Below are positions 1-13,562 of a stretch of DNA of 64,000 nt, in pieces; the stretch's first letter is position 1, and each line of letters starts with the position of its first letter. Origin of the DNA: an uncultured Gammaproteobacteria bacterium (lineage in GTDB: Bacteria > Pseudomonadota > Gammaproteobacteria > UBA9214); the NCBI GenBank assembly GCA_963773065.1, contig CAVYZN010000023.1, forward strand, positions 32,001 to 96,000, read 5' to 3'. Position numbers and translations under genes: made by a program. The notes under the pieces are model-generated. The model ran no database searches and was not told where the DNA came from. It saw nothing but the letters and a program-made list of their open reading frames with translations.

Positions 1-1240
<1,240 letters not shown>

Positions 1241-1480
1241 CTAGCGCCCCGGCCCTTGCCGGGCGTCCGGTGTCAGGGTACGCAGGCTCAACGCGTGGAT
1301 TTCACCGCCCATGCGTTCACCCAGCGTGGCGTAGACCAGGCGGTGCTGCTGCACCATGGTAAGGCCGGCAAACTGGCGGCTGACGACCACCGCCTCAAAA
1401 TGATCGCCTTCCCCCTTGACGATCACCTCGGCATCCGGCATTCCGGATTGGATCAGGGCCTGTAATTCACTTGCCTGCAT
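1241..1480 (-). CDS. ibaG: BolA/IbaG family protein
   Basis: 79 aa with GDHFEAVVVSRQF and QQHRLVY...IHALSL motifs; directly upstream of murA, the conserved position. Confidence 0.9.
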   Translation of the reverse strand: MQASELQALIQSGMPDAEVIVKGEGDHFEAVVVSRQFAGLTMVQQHRLVYATLGERMGGEIHALSLRTLTPDARQGPGR

Positions 1481-1539
1481 GGCTGCGCTGCTCCCGCACG
1501 GTGTCGCAACTCACCGATATCGATAACTGCCTTAACAAA

Positions 1540-1746
1540 GCCTCATGCCGGGTAAGTCCTGTAGTGACCGTCGGCCGCAGGGACGATGCACAGGGATGTG
1601 CAAGTGTCGCGTGAGGGCACGACTGCAGGGATGCAGGAGGTAGGGTAACGCAGGAGCAGTTACCGAGATGCCCGAGCGACTGCGGCCGTCGAGCGTACAG
1701 GGACGTATTCACAGCGTGTCACGGAAGGATTTACCCGGCATGAGGC
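1540..1746. repeat. MITE-like intergenic element with ~21-bp terminal inverted repeats (copy 1)
   Basis: Ends GCCTCATGCCGGGTAAGTCCT and AGGATTTACCCGGCATGAGGC; the same termini occur at 39339-39486. Confidence 0.75.
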
Positions 1747-1786
1747 GTCTATTAAGCGTCTATACAATAGGAGGCAAAATAGCGTT

Positions 1787-2092
1787 TCAACCAGTGCCTG
1801 ACGGCAGTATCCCGTCGAGTCCGCAGACGCGCGCTATCGACTGCATCTGCACCGGCATATTCATAAAGGTAATGGATTTGCCCAGCCGTTCCGATTCCCG
1901 CAGCCACTCGATCAGCAGCGCCAGTCCCGCGCTATCCGAGCGCGTCACCCCCGCGAGGTCGATACTGATCCGGGGACGGTCCGTCGCCTTGAAGTCCGGC
2001 CCGGTCCGCAGGGCGGGAACGGTACTGAAGCTCAGGTCGCCGGTGAGTTTCCAGCTCCCGTGCCCGGTCTCCTCGATGCGGGGTTCGTTCAT
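1787..2092 (-). CDS. mlaB: STAS-domain MlaB subunit
   Basis: C-terminal part of ORF 1787..2485 from MNEPRIEE; IDLAGVTRSDSAGLALL STAS motif; mla operon position. Confidence 0.85.
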   Translation of the reverse strand: MNEPRIEETGHGSWKLTGDLSFSTVPALRTGPDFKATDRPRISIDLAGVTRSDSAGLALLIEWLRESERLGKSITFMNMPVQMQSIARVCGLDGILPSGTG

Positions 2093-2795
2093 CGGCCGGC
2101 CGCCCCGTTGCGTTCCGCAGAGCTGCCGGATCAGGCTGTCCATACCCTGTTCCCGAATGATGGCGGCGAAGGACGAGCGGTAATTGGTCACCAGACTGAC
2201 GCCATCGACTAACACGTCATAGACCTTCCAGCCATCCCCGGTAAGATACATGGCATAGACAAGCTGGATCGGATTTCCGCCCGCCTGTTCGATCTCGCAA
2301 CGGACATTGACCTGCCGCGCATCCGGTGCGGCCAGCAGCGGAAGGTAACTGATCTTCATGTCGCGGTAATCCATCAGGGTATGGCCGTAGGTGCGCACCA
2401 TCAGTTGCTGGAATTCCCCGACAAACCGGTCGCGCTGTTCCGGCGTCGCGGAACGCCAGTAGGGCCCCAGTACCCACATGCCCATGCGCCTGAAATCGAA
2501 ATGCGGCAGCGCAATCTCGGAGATCAGTTCGTAGAGCCGGCCCTCATTCTGGTCGATAGCCGCCTTTTCCGTCCTTGAGAGCCGTCAGCATCCGCGACGT
2601 GGTGTCCCGCACCAGATCGACGGGCGAGGGATTGCCGGCGACGGCGAGCAGCGGCAGCAGTGCGCACACCGCCGGTATGAGGATGGTTTTCAGTCGCCGC
2701 TGAATCTTCCCCGAGCGCAGGAAGAAGCGTCCGCCGGCAGCGCGCCTGCCGTCCCGCCCTGCTGCGCCCGTAGCGACCGGAACGAAGGCCGTCAC
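2089..2795 (-). CDS. mlaC: Periplasmic phospholipid shuttle MlaC (frameshifted in this assembly; start uncertain)
   Basis: Signal-like LIPAVCALLPLLAVA in ORF 2544..2795; WKVYDVLVDGVSLVTNYRSSF in ORF 1787..2485. Confidence 0.85.
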
Positions 2796-3262
2796 TTGTT
2801 TTCTTTCGCGGCCGCGTTGTAGAGAAACTGACCGATGATCTGTTCCATCACCAGGGCCGACTGGGTCAGGTGTATCCGGTCGCCCGCCTTGAGGTTCTGC
2901 TCCGAACCCCCCGGCTGCAGCGAAATGTACTGCTCGCCCAGCAGGCCGGCGGTGAAGATGCTGGCGGAGGTGTCTTCGGGGAAGCTGTTGTACTTGTCCT
3001 CGATGCGCAGAGAGACCACGGCCTCATAGGCGCTGGTATCATAATCGATGGCCTCGACGCGCCCGACGCGCACGCCGGAGACGGTCACCGGCGAGCGGAC
3101 CTTCAGTCCGCCGATGTTCTGGAACGCCGCGGTCACGATGTAGCTCTCGCCGCTGATGTTGGCGCTGAGATTGCTGACCTGCATGGCGAGCATGAACAGG
3201 GCGGCCATGCCGCCGGCAACGAACAGACCCACCCCGATTTCCACTGCCCTGCTATTTTGCAT
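2792..3262 (-). CDS. mlaD: MCE-domain protein MlaD
   Basis: FQNIGGLKVRSPVTVSGVRVGRV, TAGLLGEQYI and TQSALVMEQIIGQFLY motifs. Confidence 0.95.
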   Translation of the reverse strand: MQNSRAVEIGVGLFVAGGMAALFMLAMQVSNLSANISGESYIVTAAFQNIGGLKVRSPVTVSGVRVGRVEAIDYDTSAYEAVVSLRIEDKYNSFPEDTSASIFTAGLLGEQYISLQPGGSEQNLKAGDRIHLTQSALVMEQIIGQFLYNAAAKENK

Positions 3263-3265
3263 CTC

Positions 3266-4048
3266 TCAACCTCCAAACATCAGCGCCGTCAGGACAAAAT
3301 CCAGGCCGAGTATCGCCAGGGCGGTATGCACGACCGTGCGCGTCGTCGCGCGGCTGACGCCTTCGGATGTCGGCACGGCATCATACCCCTCGAAAACGGC
3401 GATCCAGACCGCAACAAAACCGAACACGACGCTCTTGATGACGCCGTTGAGAACGTCCTCGTGCAGGTCCACCTTGGCCTGCATCTGTGACCAGAAGGCG
3501 CCGTCATCGACGCCGAGCAGCCCCACCCCCACGAAATAGCCGCCATAGATGCCGACCGCGCTGAATATGGCCGCCAGCAGCGGCATGGAAAGAAAACCAG
3601 CCAGGAAGCGCGGCGCCACCACCCGTTTCATGGGATCGACGGCCATCATCTCCATGCCGGACAACTGCTCCGTTGCCTTCATGAGTCCGATTTCCGCCGT
3701 CAGCGCCGACCCCGCCCGTCCGGCGAACAGCAGCCCCGCCACCACCGGACCCAGTTCCCGCACCAGCGACAGGGCAACCACCACACCGAGCGACTCCTCG
3801 GCGCCGAAATCGACCAGGGTATTGTATCCCTGCAGGCCGAGCACCATGCCGACGAACAGTCCCGACACCAGGATGATCAGCAGGGTCAGCACCCCGACCG
3901 AGTAGAGTTGCGCGATCACCAGGCGCGGGCGCAGCAATATCCCGGGAATCCCCGCCAGCGTATACATCAGGAACAGGTGGCCGCGGCCCAGGCGCTCGAA
4001 AAAACCCAGGCCGGCCCTGCCCAGTTGCTGCAATGCATCCAGTATCAC
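3266..4048 (-). CDS. mlaE: ABC permease MlaE
   Basis: [27 protein letters not shown]; GTG start at 4048 within a GTGA overlap; fused to mlaF in the ORF track. Confidence 0.92.
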   Translation of the reverse strand: MILDALQQLGRAGLGFFERLGRGHLFLMYTLAGIPGILLRPRLVIAQLYSVGVLTLLIILVSGLFVGMVLGLQGYNTLVDFGAEESLGVVVALSLVRELGPVVAGLLFAGRAGSALTAEIGLMKATEQLSGMEMMAVDPMKRVVAPRFLAGFLSMPLLAAIFSAVGIYGGYFVGVGLLGVDDGAFWSQMQAKVDLHEDVLNGVIKSVVFGFVAVWIAVFEGYDAVPTSEGVSRATTRTVVHTALAILGLDFVLTALMFGG

Positions 4049-4888
4049 GCGCACGCCATCTCCCGCGATCAGGTCTTCCCGTAATTCCTTGGCGGGATAA
4101 TGAAAATGAACCGGTCCGTCCGGCTTGCCGTTGAGGAACTGCTGCGACCACTCCGAGGCCGACTCCCACAGCCTTGCCGGCACACCGTGATCCACCACCT
4201 TGCCGTCGGAGAGCAGGTAGACATAATCGGCGATCGCGGCCGCTTCCTTCACGTCATGCGAAACCACGACGCTGGTCAGCCCGAGGGCATCGTTCAGTTC
4301 CCGTATCAGCTTCATCAGCACCCCCATGGATATCGGATCCTGCCCGGTAAACGGTTCATCGTAAAGGACAATTGCCGGATCCAGCGCGATGGCGCGGGCC
4401 ATGGCCACGCGCCGCGCCATGCCGCCGGACAATTCGTTCGGCATCAGGTGGCAGGCGCCGCGCAGCCCCACCGCCTGCAGTTTCATCAGCACCAGGCCAC
4501 GCACCAGGGACTCGGGAAGAGCGGTATGCTCCCGGATCGGGAAAGCCACGTTATCGAAAACATCCAGATCGGTCAGCAGCGCACCGCTTTGAAACATCAT
4601 GCCCATGCGCTTGCGCAGGTTGTAAAGCGCCTGGATGCCGAGCTCCGGCACGTTTTCCCCGTCGACGACGACCGTCCCGGCGGCGGGACGCAACTGCCCG
4701 CCGATCAGCTTGAGCAGGGTGGTCTTGCCGGTACCGCTGGGACCCATGATCGCCGTGACGTAGCCACGCTGGATATCCAGATCGATGCCTTCGAAGATCA
4801 TCCGCTCGCCGCGCGCGTACCGCAGGCCGCGAATCCGGACAATGGCATCACGCGCCGGCTGGCTTGTTTCCTGACTGGCTTTTCCCAT
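4045..4888 (-). CDS. mlaF: ABC ATPase MlaF
   Basis: [28 protein letters not shown] motifs. Confidence 0.93.
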
Positions 4889-5200
4889 AGGATCCGCGGC
4901 TGTTCACCGCAGCCGGCGGCTGCGGATGGTATTCGTAAAGACACCGGCGGCAGGCGTTTGGCCCCCGCACACGGGCGTGTATGATAAAACGTTCGGGTCC
5001 ACTAACGCCATCCATGAAAACCGTCACCCCGGAACCGCTGCCGCCGCCTCGCCGCTTGACAGCCTATCTTGCTCACCAGACCCTGTTATACTTTTCCGGG
5101 ACCGGCAGGCTGGGAGCATTTATTAGCACCGAGATGAATACCCGAACCACACCTCGTGATCACCGACAGGCTGTTCCGCGGTTTTTCGCGGAGTCCCGCC

Positions 5201-6175
5201 ATGAATAGACACAAACTCGAGGAGCTTGCGCTCGCGGTCATCGACATCGAGTCCCGGGCGGTCGCCGCGCTGGCCGGAGAGATCCGGGAAACCAGCTTTT
5301 TCCAGGCCTGTCAGTACATGCTGGAGTGCAAGGGCCGCGTGGTGGTAATCGGCATGGGCAAATCCGGCCATATCGGCGGCAAGATCGCCGCTACCCTGGC
5401 GAGTACCGGCACGCCCGCGTTCTTCGTACACCCGGGCGAGGCGAGCCACGGCGACCTGGGGATGATCACCGCCTCGGACGTGGTGCTGGCGTTGTCCAAT
5501 TCGGGAGAGACCGCGGAAATCATCACCATCCTGCCCATCATCAAGCGCCTCAACGTGCCCCTGATCACCCTCACCGGGAACCCCGAATCGACCCTGGCGA
5601 AGGCCGCCACCGCCAATATCAACGTGCGCGTGGACCGGGAGGCCTGCCCCCTGGACCTGGCGCCCACCGCCAGCACCACGGCGGCGCTCGCCATGGGCGA
5701 TGCCCTGGCGATCGCGCTGCTGGAATCGCGCGGTTTCACCGAGTTGGATTTTGCACGCTCCCATCCCGGCGGGGCGCTGGGCCGGCGTCTGCTGCTGCTG
5801 ATCGATGACCTGATGCATACCGGTGCGGCCATCCCGGCCGTCGGTCCCGACACCCTGCTCAGCAATGCGCTGATGGAGATGACGCGCAAGGGCCTCGGCA
5901 TGACGGCCGTGGTCGACGGGCAGGGCCGGCTGGTCGGCGTATTCACCGATGGCGACCTGCGCCGCGCCATCGACCACAAGGTGGATGTCCATGTCGCACG
6001 AGTCGGGGACGTCATGACGACGAATTGCAAAACGATACGCCCCGGCATGCTGGCCGCCGAGGCGCTGCAACTCATGGACAGCAAATCGATCAACGCCCTG
6101 CCCGTGGTCAATGACGACAATATACTCGTCGGCGCACTGAACATGCATGACCTGCTCAGAGCCGGCGTGGTGTGA
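5201..6175 (+). CDS. kdsD: Arabinose-5-phosphate isomerase (SIS + CBS domains)
   Basis: GMGKSGHIG, HPGEASHGDLG, APTASTT, HPGGALG motifs; C-terminal CBS pair. Confidence 0.96.
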   Translation: MNRHKLEELALAVIDIESRAVAALAGEIRETSFFQACQYMLECKGRVVVIGMGKSGHIGGKIAATLASTGTPAFFVHPGEASHGDLGMITASDVVLALSNSGETAEIITILPIIKRLNVPLITLTGNPESTLAKAATANINVRVDREACPLDLAPTASTTAALAMGDALAIALLESRGFTELDFARSHPGGALGRRLLLLIDDLMHTGAAIPAVGPDTLLSNALMEMTRKGLGMTAVVDGQGRLVGVFTDGDLRRAIDHKVDVHVARVGDVMTTNCKTIRPGMLAAEALQLMDSKSINALPVVNDDNILVGALNMHDLLRAGVV

Positions 6176-6191
6176 TTCGGTAGCGGCACCG

Positions 6192-6713
6192 ATGAAAGAC
6201 ATACTCGAAAAGGCAGCCCGCATCCGCCTGCTGGTATTCGACGTCGACGGCGTACTGACCGACGGCAGCCTGTACATCGGCGATGACGGCCAGGAATACA
6301 AGGCCTTCCATTCGCGTGACGGGCATGGCATCAAGATGCTGCTTGGCCATGGCATCGAGATCGCCGTCATCACCGGGCGGACCTCCCATGTGGTTGAACA
6401 CCGCATGAAAAATCTCGGCATAGCGCACGTCTACCAGGGAAAACGGGAAAAACTGCCGGCGTTCCGCGACCTGGCGCGGAAACTGGGCGTTACCGAGGAC
6501 CAGACGGCCTACGTGGGCGACGACGTCGTCGATCTGCCCATCATGCGCCGCGTGGGCCTGGCGATCGCCGTACAGGACGCCCATCCGCTGGTGCGCCATC
6601 ACAGCCACTGGCAGACGCCCAACCCCGGAGGACGCGGCGCCGCGCGCGATGTCTGCGAGCTCATCATGGAAGCCAAAGGCGTGCTTGACGACGAGATGAG
6701 CCGGTACCTGTGA
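6192..6713 (+). CDS. kdsC: KDO 8-phosphate phosphatase
   Basis: FDVDGVLTDG HAD motif, VGDDVVDLP, GGRGAARDVC. Confidence 0.95.
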   Translation: MKDILEKAARIRLLVFDVDGVLTDGSLYIGDDGQEYKAFHSRDGHGIKMLLGHGIEIAVITGRTSHVVEHRMKNLGIAHVYQGKREKLPAFRDLARKLGVTEDQTAYVGDDVVDLPIMRRVGLAIAVQDAHPLVRHHSHWQTPNPGGRGAARDVCELIMEAKGVLDDEMSRYL

Positions 6714-7274
6714 ACGGGAAACAGGTCATGCTCTTCACTGGGCTGCTGGCGGGAGCGGCCGTGAGCGGCTGGCTGCTGCATGGACCAGGGCGCCCTGAAA
6801 GAACAGCCGACCCCCTCGCCGAGCGGTCCCGATCTGTTCGTCAACGACATGGACCTCAAGATCATCGGCGAGGACGGCAACGTGCACTATCGCGTCCAGG
6901 CGAGCCGCATGGAGCATTTCCCCTTCGATGACCATGCCGAACTGACGGACCCCTTCCTGCAGGTTTTCAGCCAGGAGCGGGCGATCTGGGATGCACGCTC
7001 GGAACGCGGGCGGGTGGCGGACCAGGGCGACACCGTGTGGCTCCTCGGCCGGGTCGTGATCAATCGCCCGCAGTATGCCGACCAGCGGGCGATCAACGTC
7101 GTCACCAGCGATCTGCTGGTCAAACCGCAGTCGGATACCGCCGAATCGGACGCGGCAGCCGTCATCCAGTCCGGCGGCTACCGGATCGAGGGGGTCGGAC
7201 TGCTCGCCAATTTCAGGGAAAGCCGCCTGGATCTGCGCTCGAGGGTCCGAGGCAGAGTCGATGCCGGCGGCTAA
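6710..7274 (+). CDS. lptC: LPS export protein LptC (frameshifted)
   Basis: N-terminal transmembrane segment in ORF 6710..6931, beta-jellyroll-like body in 6780..7274; position between kdsC and lptA. Confidence 0.85.
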
Positions 7275-7842
7275 CCGACGCATGCGCCTGCACGCCCTGC
7301 TGCTGCTCTGCCTGCCGGCGCTGGCCCACGGACTGGCCGCTGATCGGGACCAGCCGATCACCATCGAGGCGGACAAGGCAACCCTGAAGGAAAAGGAAGG
7401 CATCAGCATCTATCAGGGCAACGTCTACCTGACTCAGGGCACGCTCAAGCTGCATGGCGACACCATGACGGTTTACACGAAGGATGACCATATCGAGAAA
7501 GCCATACTGACTGGCGCACCGGCCACAGCGGTGCAGCGGCCCGATGGTCAGGATGTCGACCAGCATGCCGAAGCGCAACGCATGGAATATCAGGCCGCCG
7601 GCGGGTTCATGACCCTGCTCGGGCGCGGCGCGCGTCTGGCAGACGGACGGCAAGGAACTGCGCAGCGAGAAAATCATTTACGATATCACCAAGAACACGG
7701 CCAATGCCGGTAGCAGCACCGGCGGTGACCGGGTCCATATCACGCTGCAGCCCAAACCCAAGGAGCCGCAGGCCCCTGAGCCTGCTTCTGCTTCTGCCCC
7801 TGCTCCTGCCCGTGAGCCGGCTCCTGCCAAGGAAACCGCACC

Positions 7843-7846
<4 letters not shown>
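7261..7846 (+). CDS. lptA: LPS transport periplasmic protein LptA (frameshifted)
   Basis: Signal peptide then [11 protein letters not shown]...[17 protein letters not shown]; C-terminal RVHITLQP in another frame. Confidence 0.88.
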
Positions 7847-8568
<722 letters not shown>

Positions 8569-8671
8569 ACGGCCGGGCATGCCGGGTTTTTTATCATGGC
8601 ATGGATAATGCTATATACTAGCACCATTAATGATCGAAGACGGCTAGCGCTCCCATTTACCCTGGAATTCT

Positions 8672-10143
8672 ATGAAGCAGTCCCTACAACTTCGCATCAG
8701 CCAGCAGTTGACCATGACGCCCCAGTTGCAGCAGGCCATCCGCCTGTTGCAGCTCTCGACCCTGGAACTGCAATCCGAGATTCAGGACGCGCTTGAATCC
8801 AACCCGATGCTGGAACAGGGGGAAGCGGAGGGGGAAGCACAGGAGGCGCGTGAGGGCGGGGAAGCCGGCCGGGACCGGGAGGCCGGCGCCGTGGATGTGG
8901 ATTCACCCCTCACGGCCGGGCGCACCGACACCATCCCGGATGAACTTCCGGTCGACAGCAACTGGGAAGACATCTACGACACGGGCGCAACCAGTTATAG
9001 CGCTTCGGGCACAGGACGACCGGCGTGACGTCTACGAGACTGTCACGGTCAGCAGCGGCAACCTGCATGACCACCTGTATTGGCAGATGGGCCTGACGAA
9101 TCTGTCAGAAACCGACCGCATCATCGCCACCACCCTGATCGATGCCATCGACGAGGACGGCTACCTGACCCAGGACCTCGAGGAAATGCAACGCAACTTG
9201 TCAGGCCAGGCGGAGATCGAGCTCGACGAGGTCGAGGCCGTACTGCACGGAATCCAGCAGTTTGACCCGGTCGGCGTGGGCGCGCGCAACCTCAGTGAAT
9301 GTCTCTACCTGCAACTCGCGCAGTTCGATCCCGGTACACCCTGGCTGAAAGAAGCCGGCATCCTGATCCGGGATCATCTCAACCTGCTGGGCAACCACGA
9401 CTACACTACCCTGATACGCAGGATGCGGCTCGCCAAGGATGACCTGCAGCACGTCATACACCTGATCCAGTCGCTGAACCCGCGGCCGGGTTCCACGTTC
9501 AGCGCCATGGAGCCGGAATACATCGTGCCGGATGTCTACGTCACCAAACGCGAGGGCAAATGGCAGGTGGAACTGAACACGGAATCGATCCCGAAACTGC
9601 GCATCAACGCCTTCTACGCGAACCTGGTCAAACGGGCCAACAACAGCAAGGACAACACCTACCTCAAAAACAACCTGCAGGAGGCACGCTGGTTCCTGAA
9701 GAGCCTGCAAAGCCGCCACGAGACCCTGCTCAAGGTGGCCAAGAGCATCGTGTCGCGCCAGCGCGCCTTCTTTGACTACGGCGAGGAAGCCATGAAACCC
9801 ATGGTCCTGCGCAGTGTCGCCGAGGAAGTAGAGATGCACGAATCCACCATATCAAGAGTCACGACCCGCAAGTACATGCATACCCCGCGCGGCATCTATG
9901 AATTCAAGTATTTCTTTTCCAGTCACGTCGGCACCGAGGCAGGCGGCGAATGCTCCGCGACCGCCATCCGTGCGATCATCAAAAAACTGGTGGCCGCGGA
10001 GAATCCCGCCAGGCCGCTGAGTGACAGCAAGATGGCCAGTCTGCTTGCCGAACAGGGCATCCAGGTCGCCCGCCGGACCATTGCCAAGTACCGCGAGTCG
10101 CTTTCCATAGCACCTTCCAATGAACGCAAACGCCTGATCATAG
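8672..10143 (+). CDS. rpoN: RNA polymerase sigma-54 factor (frameshifted)
   Basis: Region [20 protein letters not shown]; [11 protein letters not shown]; RpoN box [10 protein letters not shown]. Confidence 0.96.
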
Positions 10144-10167
10144 GCACGATAATCAAGGAGTCCCGTG

Positions 10168-10488
10168 ATGCAAATAGACCTGACAGGGCAGCATGTCGAT
10201 ATAAGCTCCGCGCTGCGCGAGTACGTCAGCGGCAAGCTGGAACGCCTGATGCGCCATTCCGGCCAGGTACTGGATGTCCACGTCATACTCAGCGTGGAAA
10301 AACTCCGGCACAAGGCGGAGGCCACGCTGCGTCTCAACGGCGGAATCGTGTACGCGGATGCAACCGAGGAAGACATGTATGCCGCAATTGACGCCCTCAC
10401 CGACAGGCTCGACCGCCAGGTGAAAAAACACAACGAGAAAATGAATGATCATCACAAGCACGAGGGTTCCCTGAAGAATCATGTCTGA
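10168..10488 (+). CDS. hpf: Ribosome hibernation promoting factor (short HPF)
   Basis: [20 protein letters not shown]...[20 protein letters not shown]; downstream of rpoN. Confidence 0.93.
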   Translation: MQIDLTGQHVDISSALREYVSGKLERLMRHSGQVLDVHVILSVEKLRHKAEATLRLNGGIVYADATEEDMYAAIDALTDRLDRQVKKHNEKMNDHHKHEGSLKNHV

Positions 10489-10538
10489 AAAGCCGATAAT
10501 CACCCGCACCGGGCGGCTCGGTTCTGGACGGTAGCGCC

Positions 10539-11010
10539 ATGAATATCTCCGAACTACTCAACCAGGACCGGGTTCTGTGCTGCCCGCAGATCGGCAGCAA
10601 GAAACGGTTGCTGGAAAACATCAGCGAACTGTTCGCCAGGAACGCGCCACAGCTTTCCAGGAATGAAATATTCAACAGCCTGATCACCCGTGAAAAACTG
10701 GGCAGTACCGGTCTTGGCAAGGGTGTCGCCATACCGCACGGCCGCATGAGCGGGGCTGGAGCGGCCGGTATGCGCCTTCATCAAGCTCGATCAGCCGATT
10801 GAATTCGACGCGGCGGACGGTCAGCCGGTCGACCTGATATTCGCGCTCATCGTTCCGGAAGACTCCACCGAGGAGCATCTGCGGATCCTCTCCGGCATCG
10901 CCACGCTGTTCGGCAGCCCGGCCTTCTGCAGCGGCATCCGCGACTGTAAAAACGATGCCTGCCTGCTGCAACTGCTCAGCCACAGGGACGTGCAACAGAA
11001 AACCGCATGA
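10539..11010 (+). CDS. ptsN: PTS EIIA(Ntr) (frameshifted)
   Basis: REKLGSTGLGKGVAIPHGR; second frame IEFDAADGQPVDLIFALIVP. Confidence 0.92.
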
Positions 11011-11947
11011 GTACCACACTCTCAATCTCCACCCTCCATGACGCCCTGAAGAAGAAACTGGGACTTGAATGGGTGACGGGGGAAGAACATGACGGGCATA
11101 CGATACAGGCGGCAGCGGATGCGGCGGACGAGGTCTCGCTGGTCGGGAACCTCAACCTGATCAACCAGCACCGCATCCAGGTGCTGGGAAGCAAGGAACT
11201 GGATTATCTCGACAAGCTGAAGAAGAACTCGCGCAAGGACGCCATAAGCCAGCTTTTCTCGGGCCAGTCCGATCTGATCATCATCGCCAAGCGCCTGGGC
11301 GCGCCCGAGGACCTGGTAGACGCGGCCATCGCTAGCCGCACGCCGGTGCTGTCCTCCTGCCTGCCCAGCGGGGAAACCATTCAGCACCTGCGTTATTTTC
11401 TCGGCAATTATCTCGCCGAGAAGATCACCCTGCACGGAGTTTTCATGGAAGTCATGGGCACCGGCGTGCTGATTACCGGCGCCTCCAGCATCGGCAAGAG
11501 CGAACTGGCGCTGGAGCTGCTCACGCGCGGCCACCGCCTGATTGCCGATGACGCCACCGAATTTTCACGCGTTGCGCCGGATGTCCTGAACGGCACCTGC
11601 CCGGAAATGCTGCGCGACTTTCTCGAAGTGCGCGGACTGGGCATCCTCAATGTGCGCGCCATGTTCGGCGCCAGTTCCATAAAACAGGACCGTAACCTGC
11701 GTCTGATCATCGTCCTGCAGCAAATGCAGGACGCCGCCACGATGGACCGCCTGCATGGCAGCAAGCGATGCGCACCATCATGGGTGTGGAGATACCGGAG
11801 ATCACCCTCCCGGTCGGGCCCGGCAGGAATCTGTCGGTGCTGGTGGAAGCCGCCGTTCGCAACCACATCCTCAACATAAAAGGCTATGATGCCGGCCAGG
11901 CGTTCATCGAACGCCAGAAACAGCGGCTGGAAAACGTGTCGCGATGA
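11007..11947 (+). CDS. hprK: HPr kinase/phosphorylase (frameshifted near C-terminus)
   Basis: LHGVFMEV, GASSIGKSELALEL, HRLIADD, FLEVRGLGILNV. Confidence 0.94.
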
Positions 11948-12801
11948 ATCTCGTCATCATCAGCGGCCTCTCGGGCTCGGGCAAGACCATCGCCCTGCAC
12001 ACCCTGGAGGACATCGGTTATTACTGCACCGACAATCTGCCGGTCGGGTTGCTTGACGCCTTCGCTCTGGAATTCAGCCAGCCGCACCTCTCACGCGTGA
12101 ATAACGTGGCCGTGGGGATCGATGCCCGCAACAATCCCGACCAGATCAGCCGCTTCCCCGCGGTGATCGCCAACTGCCGCAGCCGCGGCATCGACTGCAA
12201 GATCATCTTTCTTCAGGCCGACGACCAGACGCTCCTCAAGCGCTTCAGCGAGACCCGCCGCAAACATCCCCTCACCGGACCCAGCACATCCCTCGCCGAT
12301 GCGCTCCGGGAGGAGCGCAACCTGCTCGCGCCGATAAGCGCGAATGCCGATCTTTTTATCGATACCAGCCGGACGAATGTCCACCAGTTGCGCGATCTCG
12401 TGCGTGATTGCATCGGTGCGCGGGAGAACCCCGGGCTTGCCCTCGTGCTCAGGTCGTTTGGCTACAAACACGGGGTCCCGGCCGATGCCGATTTTGTATT
12501 CGACTCACGCTGCCTGCCCAACCCCTACTGGGAACCCGCCTTGCGCAATCTGACCGGACTCGACCGGGAGGTTATCGAATTTCTTGACGGGGAACCGGCC
12601 GTGCATGAATTATATGCGGATCTGGAAAACTTCCTCGTAAAATGGATCCCCCGTTTCAGCGTGGACAATCGCAGCTACCTGAACATCGCCATCGGCTGCA
12701 CGGGCGGACAGCACCGGTCCGTGTATCTGGTGGAACGCATCGCCGGAAACCTGGGCAGCCAGTATGGGAATATCGTTATCAGGCATCGTGAACTTGCATG
12801 A
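11944..12801 (+). CDS. rapZ: RNase adapter RapZ (P-loop protein)
   Basis: SGLSGSGKT, RFSETRRKHPL, SFGYKHG, GCTGGQHRSVY. Confidence 0.95.
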   Translation: MNLVIISGLSGSGKTIALHTLEDIGYYCTDNLPVGLLDAFALEFSQPHLSRVNNVAVGIDARNNPDQISRFPAVIANCRSRGIDCKIIFLQADDQTLLKRFSETRRKHPLTGPSTSLADALREERNLLAPISANADLFIDTSRTNVHQLRDLVRDCIGARENPGLALVLRSFGYKHGVPADADFVFDSRCLPNPYWEPALRNLTGLDREVIEFLDGEPAVHELYADLENFLVKWIPRFSVDNRSYLNIAIGCTGGQHRSVYLVERIAGNLGSQYGNIVIRHRELA

Positions 12802-13199
12802 ACGTCGGATTGCTACTCATCACCCATAATGACCTGGGCCACTACCTGCTGGATACGGCATCAGGCATCCTTGGCAGTTGTCCGATTCGGACCCGATCCC
12901 TGAACGTGCCCGCAAGCTGCGACCCCGACATGGTGCTGGAGAGAGCCTGCGCGCTCTACCGGGAGCTCGACCAAGGTGACGGCGTGCTGGTGCTGACGGA
13001 CCTCTTCGGCAGCACCCCCAGCAACATCGCCGCACGCCTGCTCGATAAGTACAACATCCTGGTGATATCGGGCGTCAACGTCCCGATGCTGGTGCGCATA
13101 CTCAACTACCCGACGTGTTCTCTTGAAGAACTGGCCAACAAGGCGCTTACCGGGGCGCGTGACGGCGTGGTCGTCACCGCCAGAAAGATGGCTTCATAA
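12798..13199 (+). CDS. PTS mannose/fructose-type EIIA domain protein
   Basis: LLLITH, VLVLTDLFGSTPSN, SGVNVPML motifs. Confidence 0.9.
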   Translation: MNVGLLLITHNDLGHYLLDTASGILGSCPIRTRSLNVPASCDPDMVLERACALYRELDQGDGVLVLTDLFGSTPSNIAARLLDKYNILVISGVNVPMLVRILNYPTCSLEELANKALTGARDGVVVTARKMAS

Positions 13200-13200
13200 G

Positions 13201-13470
13201 ATGCGGCGCAAACAGGTAACCATCACCAACAAACTCGGCCTGCATGCCCGCGCGGCGGCGAAATTCGTGACGCTGGCATCCTCGTTCTCGAGCGTGATCG
13301 ACATCACCAAGGACCATCAGACCGTCAACGGCAAAAGCATCATGGGGGTCATGATGCTGGCCGCCTCCAGAGGAACCAATCTCATCCTTACGATCAACGG
13401 AGAGGATGAGGAAGTGGCCGCCATGTCCCTGGGAAAACTCATAGACGAGAAATTCGGCGAGGTGGAATAA
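13201..13470 (+). CDS. ptsH: Phosphocarrier HPr/NPr
   Basis: NKLGLHARAAAK (His15) and NGKSIMGVMML (Ser46). Confidence 0.92.
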   Translation: MRRKQVTITNKLGLHARAAAKFVTLASSFSSVIDITKDHQTVNGKSIMGVMMLAASRGTNLILTINGEDEEVAAMSLGKLIDEKFGEVE

Positions 13471-13562
13471 TCGACGCCGATCCGACAACGGGCGGCATGA
13501 TCATCAGCCTATGGGGACTGAACCGCACCACCTTGATCAACTGATGTGGGAGTAAACAGGGT

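Noticed and set aside
3266-4888. Apparent MlaF-MlaE fusion (540 aa), and likewise MlaC-MlaB (1787..2485)
   Set aside because: Each junction contains a GTGA or ATGA stop/start overlap one base out of frame, and indels are pervasive in this assembly, so these are most likely artefacts.
8569-8593. Possible terminator after lptB
   Set aside because: The stem is imperfect as sequenced; too weak to call.
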